Assembly (NCBI GenBank): GCA_951406725.2
Contig: OX597819.1
Span: 73,346,001-73,410,000, forward strand
Source: Octopus vulgaris
Taxonomy: Eukaryota
Direction of reading: 5' to 3'
Length of the DNA stretch: 64,000 bases
The notes under the pieces were generated by a model. That model made no database searches, had not been told where the DNA came from, and worked only from the letters and a program-made list of their open reading frames with translations. Positions 54,434-64,000 of the stretch are shown here, piece after piece (the stretch's first letter is position 1; each line of letters begins with the position of its first letter). Made by a program: the position numbers and the translations under genes.

Positions 54434-54769
54434 CCTTGGTACCATTTGAACTCAGAATGTAAAAAACAGAAAAACTGCTGCCAAACATTCTGTCCTTAAC
54501 GATTCCGCCAGTTTGCCGCCTTTAAACTCTAGTAATAGTAATTCTGATTCCTCCCATCCTCCATATTCTTTCTGCTGTCTTTCTTTTTCTTCTTCTTATT
54601 CCCTTTATTCTTATTTATTTGTTCTCACACTTTTTGCACTTGTCCATATTCTTCTCATTCTAAATCTATTTCTAATTCTTTTCTTCTCATTCCAATTCAT
54701 AATAATTTATTATCCATTCATATTCTCTTCTTGCAGTCATTATCTTTTTTTTTGTTCTTGTTATCCTTC

Positions 54770-54809
<40 letters not shown>

Positions 54810-55460
54810 AATATGTGTGTGTGTGTGTGTGAGTATAAAATGCATTTTATCCTATTTATCGTCGTCTCTTTCTTTTTCTCCATCCTAGCCAGGTGCAATA
54901 TTTTTTTGATTTACTTCCAAAACAAATTATAACACACTGCTCCATTCCTCAACTAAATCTGAAGAAATCCAACACAACTGTAACTTCTTTTATTCTCCTC
55001 AATGAGAAATAAAAATACGTTTTATGAAGATTATGATGATGATGATGATAACCGAAAAATATATCATTATATATAATGTGGTGTGTATGTGTGTGCGTGT
55101 GTCTATATGCATGTCTATACTAGACACACTCATACATACATCTAATACACACACGCACACATATATATATGTATGTGTGTATGTTGTTATTAGATCAAAT
55201 CAGTGACTGTTTCTTTTGCCTTCCAATTAAACGTTTTGATTTCATTTGTTAAGGTTCGCCTACTCCATCCCTCATCATCTCTACCCCATTCTACCATTAT
55301 TCCCAGAGGTGGTTCCTTTGGTGATTCCTGTGTGCATCAGCGCAATCAGTGCCAGTTGTACAGATCTAAGGTTTTGGTAAACATAATAAAAAAAGAACTC
55401 CGCACCATTGCTTACACAGACACACTCCTCTCATGCTGTCTGTTTGTCTGCCTGTCTGTC

Positions 55461-55503
<43 letters not shown>

Positions 55504-55784
55504 ATGTGTGCATTTACTAACACATACATACAATTATACACATGCTTACATATAATTTGTGAGAGTATATGTAGAAGCATACAATATGTGTGCATCTGTG
55601 TTTATATACAGAAGTGCAAGAGTGGCTGTGTGGTAAGAAACTTGCTTCCCAACCACATGGTTCTGGGTTCAGTTCCACTGTGTGGCACCTTGGGCAAGTG
55701 TCTTCTACTATAGCCTTGTGAGTGGATTTGTTAGACAGAAACTGAAAGAAGCCCATCGTATATATGTGTGTGTGTGTGTGTGTA

Positions 55785-56909
55785 CAGGGGTTGGACAAAA
55801 TAATGGAAATACCTAGCATCATAATTTTGAAATATCAATAAAACCATCAAAAGCTTGTTTATTTTAATGTTTTTTTTATTTATTATTAGTGTTGCTTAAT
55901 ACCTTTTTGCTAAAATTGCAGTTTCTTTTCAGATATCATCAGAAAAAGGTAATTAAAATTCATTGAAATGACAGATCTATCGGACTTTCAAAGAGGTCAA
56001 ATTCTTGGTGCTTGTATGGCAGGCGCTAGCGTAATGAAAACAGCTGAAATGTTTGGTGTATCAAGAAGTACTGTCTCAAAAGTAATGACAGCCTTTGAGA
56101 AAGAGGGAAAAACCTCCTCGTTGAAACAAAACTCCTGAAGAAAACCAAAACTTTCAGATAGGGACAGTTGGACTCTTATGCAAATTGTTAGAAAGGATCA
56201 CAAAAATACAGCTCCCAAAATTGCTGCAGAGCTTAATGACCACCTCGAGAACCTAGTTTCCACAATAAGTGTTCACCGAGAGCTGCACAAAGCCAGATTT
56301 CACGGGAGGGCTGCAATCAGAAAACCACTACTCTCAAAAGCAAATGTTGCAAAGTGTTTAGAGTGGAGTAAAAACCTACAGAATTGGTCCCTAGAGCATG
56401 GAGGAGGATCTGTGATGATCGGGGAGGGGGCTATATCTTGGAAATCTGCCGGCCCAATGGTTTCCCCTTCATGGCAGAATTAGTAGTCAAGACTAAGCCT
56501 TTCATCTGATCAAATTCATCCTATTGTTGTGGAACGCAATCTTTCATGATGATAATGCACCAATTCACACAACTAAAGTTGTTACTGAATGGCACAAGGA
56601 ACATTCTAGTGAAGTTGAATGTCTTATCTGACCACCACAATCCCCAGATCTCAAAATTATTGAACATTTATGGTGCATTTTAGAAAAACAAATAAGGAGT
56701 CAATATCGTTCACCATCATCACTACAAGAACTGGAGACTGTTTTAGCTGAAGTTGTGACAAAAATTCCTTGGAAGACAATTCAAACTTTGTACAAGTCCA
56801 TACCTCATAGAATTCAAACTGTAATTACTGCCAAAGGCAATCTTACCCTGTATTAAAATAAATTTATTTGAAATTTTTAAGGTGTTTCCATTATTTTGTC
56901 CAGTCCCTG
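55785..56909 (+). mobile_element. Tc1-family DNA transposon, internally deleted
   Basis: TA TSD and TIRs caggggttggacaaaataatggaaatacct / aggtgtttccattattttgtccagtccctg. Transposase remnants MTDLSDFQRGQI (55968), GRAAIRKPLL, HGGGSVM, DNAPIH, SPDLKIIEHLW. Confidence 0.93.
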
Positions 56910-56925
56910 TACATACATATATTTT

Positions 56926-57130
56926 GTCTTTTACTTGTTTCAGTCATTTGACTGTGGCCATGCTGGAGTACCACCTTTAGTCAAACAAATCAACCACAGG
57001 ACTTATTCTTTGTAAGCCTAGAACTTATTCTATCGGTCTCTTTTGCTGAACTGCTAAGTTAAGAGGATGTAAACACACTAACATTGGTTGTCAAGCTGTG
57101 TTTGGGGGACAAAAACACACACACATACAA

Positions 57131-57161
<31 letters not shown>

Positions 57162-57216
57162 CATACACACACACACACACATATATATATACATACATAC
57201 ACACACACACACATAC

Positions 57217-57256
<40 letters not shown>

Positions 57257-57422
57257 GACAAGCTTGTTTCAGTTTCCATCTATCAAATCCACTAACAAGG
57301 CTTTGATCAGCCTGAGGCTATAGCAGAAGACACTTGGCCAACAAGGTGTCATGCAGTTGGACTGAATCCAGAACCATGTGGTTGGGAAGCAAGCTTCTTA
57401 CCACCCAGACATGCCTGTGCCT
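56926..57422 (-). mobile_element. SINE family B
   Basis: Near full-length copy with an internal CA/TA microsatellite. Confidence 0.82.
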
Positions 57423-58019
57423 ATAGACATACACACAGACACACAGAAAATACACTCAGCCCAGACACATACCATACTTACATGAGTGTATTTTTAATGG
57501 AAAAAATTTCATATTTTCTTATTTCATTTACGGAAATAATTTTTGATTGGGTCTGCAAATAGTTGAATGAAAACTAATCCCGTCACCCGAAACCCAGTTA
57601 ACCACAGACCACACCCGGTTTTCAGTCTTGTAGACATCACTGCTAAAGTACTTACTATCAAGCGAAATATTCTATTGAGGCCCAGGAACATCCAGAATAG
57701 CTGCATGCATAGATAATAGGTACTGTAAGTATGGGTGTATGGGTAAGAAACTTACTTCCTAACCATGAGGGCTTGGGTTCAGTACCACTGTACGGACACT
57801 GTGTGTCTTCTATAGTCCAAAGTGAATTGAAACATTGCTAGTGGATTTGGTAGATGGAAACAGAAAGAATCCCATTGTGTATATATATATTCATATATAT
57901 ATATCTACATAATACACCCACTTTACTGACAGAAATACAAGTCAATCTTTTCCCTGACTTATGGTCTCTTAGATGACCATTCAAGAGGAATGTCGTGATT
58001 TGTCACATGACATAAAAAC

Positions 58020-58341
58020 CGGTGTTGTCACTTACGATGACAAGGGTTCCAGTTGATCCAATCAATGGAACAGCCTGTTTGTGAAATTTACGTGCAAGTG
58101 GCTGAGTACTCCACAGACACACATACCAATAACATACTTCTCAGGGAAACTCAGCGTGATACAGAGTGTGACAAGGATGGCCCCTTTGAATTACAGGTAC
58201 AACTCATTTTTGCCAGCTGAGTGGACTGGAGCAATGTGAAATAAAGGGTCTTGTTCAAGGACACAAGGCGTTGCTGGGAATGGAACTCACATCTGTAGGG
58301 TTGTGAGCTGAATACCCTAACCAGTAAGCCACATGTCTTCA
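58020..58341 (-). mobile_element. SINE family C'
   Basis: Same structure as 39528-39817. Confidence 0.72.
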
Positions 58342-58661
58342 CAGTTGTATAACATGGAAACCAGGTAAGTGGTCTTATGAGTCCTAGGGCTAAAAAAAAA
58401 TTTTTGAAAATGCTGTGTTGATGAGGTCATTAGCTGAATTCTCTTGGTGTTTACATTCTCAACTGTGTAATAGTTTTCAGGTGGCATATTTATGGAGATA
58501 CGTTTGATTATTACATATTACATTATGTAGCAAGTAATCTCATCCGTTATCTCCATATGAATGAAGTGAGGCATTGATGTGAAGATCGATTTTGATAAAG
58601 TACAACTATTAGTTTCATACAAGTAGACATATATATATATATATACATATATACATACACA

Positions 58662-59932
58662 CAGACATGCGGGAAGTGAATAGACACCTTCAATTTTCAA
58701 AATTTCTGATCTAAGCATCTTAATATGTTTCCAGCGGTGTAGAATTTACAATGTTATTAATCTTTTTTATTCCAGGTGCCATTATACTAAACATTTGCAA
58801 AGAGTATCCATGCCACACACAAAAAATTCAGCACAACTGTCAGATTTTCAAAGAGGTCGTATTGTTGGGCAATCTGAGGCTGGTCTTAGACAGCAAAAAA
58901 TTGCTGAAAATCTTCAAATTCCTCTTACTACTTTTAATAGAATTATAGTGCAATTCAAAAGCCAAGGAAAAGAATCCACAGATTCTTGAACAGGCCAACC
59001 TGGGCTCTTGGAAAGGAAGCTTCGCTGATTGAAGAGAATTGTGGAAAACAAACCCGTTCGAAGGCTTCTGACATTGCAAAACAGCTAGAAGTTAGTCCAA
59101 GAACGTGTGTTACATATCTCCATAAGCTTGAGTATTATAGACGAACAGCTAGAAAAAAACCTCTCCTTCAACCAATTAATATCATGAAAAGAAAGAAATG
59201 GGCTAAGGAGATGTCAGAAAAATCCAGTTCATTTTGGGGTAGAGTAATTTTCTAAGATGAATCAAGATTTGCATTATTTTCAGACAGTGGACGTGTTTGT
59301 GTCTGGAGCTTCCCAATCAAGAATTTGATTTGAAACAACTCAAACCAGCTGTGAAACATGGCAGTATCACTGTAATGGTATGGGGAACTGTCACCATCAA
59401 TGATCGTTCTGAGTTGATCAAATGTTATGGAACCATAAACTCTGAAAAATACATCGAAATACTTAAGCAAGGACTACTTTCGATGTATTCACACGATAAC
59501 ATAACAAAAAATGAGTTTTTATTCATGGAAGATGGGGCTCCATGCCACACAGTGAAAAGGAATCAACAATGGGTGACTGAAAATGGGATCAAAAAGCTTC
59601 CTTGGCTGAGCCAATCTCCTGACATGAACCCAATTGAAAATCTTTGGAGCATACTAGATAGAGCTATTCAAAAAACTTGATAGAAACCTAAATCTAAAGA
59701 TGAATTGTTTTGACTGTTGCGTGAAATGTGGGCAGAAATTCCCCAAGAGACAATCACAAAGCTCATCAGTCCAATGCCAAAAAAAGTTTCTGAATTAAAA
59801 ACTGCAAAGGGAATGTCAACTAAATACTAAAGTATGTAGTCCTACCTATCGATTACATTTTAATTGTTTGCTTTGTGTATTAGATAAAAGATTTTGAAAA
59901 TTAAAGGTGTCTATTTACTTCCTGCATGTCTG
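58662..59932 (+). mobile_element. Tc1 (DD34E) DNA transposon, full-length, inactivated
   Basis: TIRs cagacatgcgggaagtgaatagacacctt / aaggtgtctatttacttcctgcatgtctg. Transposase from ATG 58810 with [28 protein letters not shown] and EDGAPCH-34aa-E (SPDMNPIENLW). Stops and frameshifts present. Confidence 0.95.
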
Positions 59933-60660
59933 TGTGTGTATATATACATATATATATCTTTATGTATATAAAACTGAGAATGTGTGTCTGTCTGTCTGTC
60001 TGTGTGTTTCCCTAAAACTTGAGAACTACACAACCAATTTCATTCAAATTTTACACATGCCTTACTTAGGGTCCATGTAGTTTCATAGGCAAAAAAAATG
60101 TTCAACTTCTTGCCTAGAGCGAGCCCATAGCAATATCATATCTTCTCCACTATTTCAGTATTACGTGTTAAAAGTGAAACAAAAACGTTTCTCTATTTTA
60201 TGTCAGATACTTTCACTTTAACAATAAAAATAATAATAACAATTGAATTATATGTAGTAAGTAATAATTAAAATCAAACTAAAGTATAATATAATTGTAA
60301 CATAACAAAATTAAAAATAGCAATTGGTATAAAATCGCATCAATGATTTGAACTTGAATAAGTGGTTTCACACGAATGGGAATAAATTAAAAATAAAATT
60401 AGCGTGCAGAAATGGAATAGCCCAGATGGATAATAAAAAATTAAATTAAAGAAAAGACTATTGTCTATAAAGTATACAATGTAGAGAAAAAAGGTCGCGT
60501 TTTTTTTGCGCTCTGTAAAATTCGGTTAAAAAAGAAAAAAGAACAAAAAGTGAATTGTGGTTGCGGAATTGGAACGTCAGTTGGTGTGGTTTCGCGTCAC
60601 ACTGGTTCTGTATGTCGCACGTTTTCTGTTCGGGAGGCCGTTTTTCGGTCTGAGGCGACT

Positions 60661-62025
60661 ATGAGCCGCCTCTACCAAACGGATGAGATGGAAGGGAGAA
60701 ATTTCTCTGAAAATTCGTCGACATCTGAGGAGGAGTTGGCGGTGAAAAAAATGGAAAGCACATACGCAGGTATAACGAAGAAGTCAACAGAAAAAGAAAT
60801 AGACCTGGCTAAGTTGACGGACTTCCAGGAGTTCATGAAGGAGGAGGAGAACGGAGAGGTTGAGCTGTTGCCTCTAGCAGGGCGCGGAGACTGGTTCCAT
60901 CGTAGAACCATTAAATATAAAGTATTTATGAATGGAGGTAGAAAAATGGAAGTGATTAACATGGAAGCAATTGAAGAGGCTTTCAAACAGACAGGAGAAG
61001 AAATTGTGTACATGACAAAAGGATTAGAATATGGAACCATAACGGTACAATTTAAAAGTGAGAAAGCAGCCAGGAATATAGCAGCCAAGGTGGTGAGTAC
61101 AGAAAAGTTTTACTTGTTCCCTTCATATTTGAATAGAAGAACCACCAGAATTAGGGTGGAAGGAATACCTCCACACCTAGAGGGCGAATTAATAACGGCT
61201 GCGGTTATCAAAGGAAATGAAGATAAAGTGGACATCCTCCACGCCATTATGAAATATGAAGGCGTGAGAGGTGCCACGCTAGTAATGAACATACAGACGG
61301 AGGCGGAAGTTATAGAAAAGCTTACGGACAGTATAAAAACTGGAAATATTATTATGAGAGTGTGGGTGGAGGGTAGGGCGCCCAGGTGCTACAAGTGTGG
61401 CCTGAGGGGTCACATAAGAGCCTACTGCCCTCCCCCACCAAAGGAAAAAGAAAAGGAAATCGTCGCGGAAGCCCCAAAAGAGGAAGAAACCAAAGAGAAT
61501 CAAAGGGAAAAAGAAACGACAGAAGAAGAGGAGATGCAACAAGAGTGGGAAGAAGGAAGAAAAAAGAGAAAAAGAAAGTAAAAGAAAAACTGTGCGAAGC
61601 CCCAACCCACCCCAACACCACCCGCACCCTCTGAATCCCACCCTTCCCCTGCAGACAGTGAACCCACCCGCTCCCCTCCAACAAGAAAACAAAAGAAAAA
61701 TAATAATACAGACAGACAAGAGTTTGAAAACGAACCCAGGCCGAACATTTATATTGTGACTGAACAGAAAGAGGTTGAAAGGGTAATGGAGGAGTATGAA
61801 TGGTATGAAATGGATGGGATCAGATATGCAGTGCTGGAAAAGAAGAATATAGATGAGTTTGTGTTGAGGTGTGAAAGGGAGAATTGGGAGGTGAAAGATA
61901 CAAGAATGAGCGATGAATTCGTGGAATATATGGAGGACAGTTTCGGAGTAAGAATGGATATGGATGGTCTTCGCATTGGGAAAGAACATTCAGGTGACAG
62001 TGAAAACAAAAGGACAGGTAAGTGA
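60661..62025 (+). CDS. L1/Tx1 ORF1-like (ZCCHC3-like) protein with an RRM-like region and CCHC knuckle; one in-frame TAA at 61579-61581
   Basis: ATG at 60661. Motifs STYAGI, GTITVQFKS, RIRVEGIPP and CYKCGLRGHIRAYC (CX2CX4HX4C), then E/K-rich and P-rich segments. The frame stays open after the TAA and joins track ORF 61756..62025 (454 codons in total). Confidence 0.8.
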
Positions 62026-62173
62026 TGCTGGCGGAGGGGGCCGTTAGCATCGCTTTCATATTATCATTTTTTCATTTTCATTTGCTCATAAATTTAATCA
62101 TATTGTTCTATGTCCCCCATGTTTTGTTATGTCCGCCATTCTTCGTAGCCCCTGGTGGGTAATAAAGAAATAA

Positions 62174-62490
62174 CATGGAGGAAAGCACCTTCGAAAAGTG
62201 TCTTGGTGCGACTATGAAAGGTATCTAATCAGAGGCGGTAAATTCGTCACAATAGAAGCAAGGTTTGAGTCAACGGAGTGTGCAAGGGAGTACACAACTC
62301 GAACTTGCAAAGTGGAAATATTATATTTATACCTTTATATCTGGGACGTAGGACGTCCTGGAAAAAAAATTTTAAATGCCCCCCACCCCTCCAGAAGTAG
62401 AGGTAGGCTGGATTGTAGCCACACTTCTATACAAAAGGGAGGACAAGATACAATTGATCGAAATTACAAGAGACGGGCTAACAATTACAG
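62174..62490 (+). pseudogene. Degenerate fragment of a paralogous ORF1-like gene
   Basis: YLIRGGKFVTIEARFESTECAREY...ILYLY..YLGRR aligns by eye with YMTKGLEYGTITVQFKSEKAARNI...FYLFPSYLNRR of the upstream ORF. Confidence 0.6.
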
Positions 62491-62683
62491 TCTGTTATAT
62501 ATTTTGAGTATTGATATCACTAGCGATATCAAGATATAACTTTGTATTTTTTATTTTATGTGTAGATGTATATATATGTAGATGTACATGTAATATGTAC
62601 ACATATAAATATACACATATAAATATACACATATATGCATGGACTAGCACTAGCACCCGGCAACGACGGGTCTTTAATGCTAG

Positions 62684-62725
<42 letters not shown>

Positions 62726-62730
62726 TATAT

Positions 62731-62785
<55 letters not shown>

Positions 62786-62880
62786 CATACATGCAGACAC
62801 ACACACACACACACACATATATATACACATACAGAGATACATGCATATATACATATATACATATATATATGCATAAATAC

Positions 62881-63690
62881 ATCATCATCATCATCATCAT
62901 CATCGTTTAACGTCCGTTTTCCGTGCTAGCACGGGTTGGACGGTTTGACTGGGGTCTGGGGAGCCAGGGGCTGCTCCAGGCTCCAGTCTGATCTGGCAGT
63001 GTTTCTACAGCTGGATGCCCTTCCTAACGCCAACCACTCTGCGAGTGTAGTGGGTGCTTTTTACGTGACACCAGCACAGGTGCCAGAGGGGTCTGGCATT
63101 GGCCACGATCGGTTGGTGCTTTTTATGTGCCACCGGCACAGAAGCCAGTTGAGGCGGGGCTGGCATCAGCTACGTTCGGATGGTGCTTTTTATGTGCCAC
63201 CGGCACAGAAGCCATTCGAGGCAGGGTTGGCATCGGTCACGTTCGGATGATGCTTTTTATGTGCCACCGGCACAGAAGCCAGTCGAGGCAGCACTGGCAA
63301 CGGCCACGTTCGGATGGTGCTTTTTATGTGCCACCGGCACAGGTATCACAACTACTGTTTCCATTGATATTTGGTTCGATGTTCATGTACATGCACTTGA
63401 CTCAACAGGTCTCCTCAAGCACAGCGAGATGTTCCGGGATCCAAGGTACTTTGAATGGGCAGGGGCTATGCAGAACTGGTGCCAGAAGCATCCCGGGTCT
63501 TAGTAGTCACAGCACATCTCCAGAGATCTCGGTCCTTCGCCATTGCCTCAGTGAGGCCCAACGCTCTGAGGTCATGCTTGACTACCTCATCCCATGTCTT
63601 CCTGCGTCTACCTCTCCCCCTGATTCCTTCAACTGTTCGGGAGTGGCACTTCTTCACACATCTCTCCTAATCCATCCGCAGTACCACATC
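62881..63690 (-). mobile_element. RTE LINE 3' end (ORF C-terminus, tandem-unit 3' UTR, (ATG)n tail)
   Basis: VEGIRGRGRRRKTWDEVVKHDLRALGLTEAMAKDRDLWR. Same UTR as 14248-14800. Confidence 0.88.
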
Positions 63691-63805
63691 CATCCGCAGT
63701 ACATACGTACATATATACATATATATACACATATACACATGCATACATATATACATGCATATATATATATATATATATGCATATATATATATAGATATAT
63801 ATATA

Positions 63806-64000
63806 TGAGAAAGAGATCCTCAATCAAAACTGGCCTGAATGTCTATCCTCGCCAGACATCGACATGAAACTTCAACAATTCATGTCTGTAATGCAAGCCA
63901 TATGCTACAAATGTGTCCCAGAGAGAAAGGCCACTGTACACAAGAGCAAAATCCCCAGAGAGAGGAAAATTCTAATGAGACGGCGTACAAAAGTTTCAAA
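63806..64000 (+). mobile_element. Probable LINE ORF2 fragment (CR1/Jockey-like, between APE and RT), running off the window
   Basis: Open frame EILNQNWPECLSSPDIDMKLQQFMSVMQAICYKCVPERK...IPRERKILMRRR, resembling the W..L....D.......F......C...VP linker of LINE ORF2. Confidence 0.55.

Larger units (their letters stand above)
59957..62683 (+). mobile_element. Non-autonomous Helitron boundaries enclosing retroelement cargo
   Basis: 5' A|TC..tatataaaa..(tctg)n. 3' hairpin acccggcaacgacgggt (62655-62671) followed by CTAG|T (62680-62684). Confidence 0.7.

Noticed and set aside
57656-57700. PMCA calmodulin-binding exon (GLNRI resemblance)
   Set aside because: Only five residues match and the flanking residues do not fit. 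Kept only as an anonymous exon candidate.
61279-61989. 236-aa minus-strand ORF
   Set aside because: It is the antisense shadow of the purine-rich ORF1-like gene, with no recognisable motifs.

Overview
Repeat-saturated, AT-rich eukaryotic DNA, probably an octopus genome (inferred from the SINE/LINE families and the dense (AT)n/(CA)n/(AAT)n/(CAT)n microsatellites). The one clear host gene is the 5' part of a ZNF277 orthologue on the minus strand: six coding exons from 22776 down to 4674 with consistent GT-AG phases, and later exons presumably off the left edge. The rest is mostly transposon debris: a Tigger/pogo element, two Tc1 elements, a long-TIR mariner derivative, TTAA MITEs, RTE, R4/Dong, L1/Tx1 and Penelope-like fragments, several tRNA-derived SINE families, a Helitron and a 28S rRNA fragment. 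Three things stand out. (1) A tRNA-headed SINE-like element ends in a Penelope-type hammerhead ribozyme; there are two copies, one fused to a 28S rRNA fragment. (2) A Helitron-bounded segment carries an ORF1-only (RRM-like + CCHC) retroelement that shares its 3' tail with a SINE family. (3) A palindromic element carries a hammerhead with a ~100-nt stem II. Almost all short ORFs in the supplied track are microsatellite or repeat artefacts. Family names are from visual recognition, not database searches.
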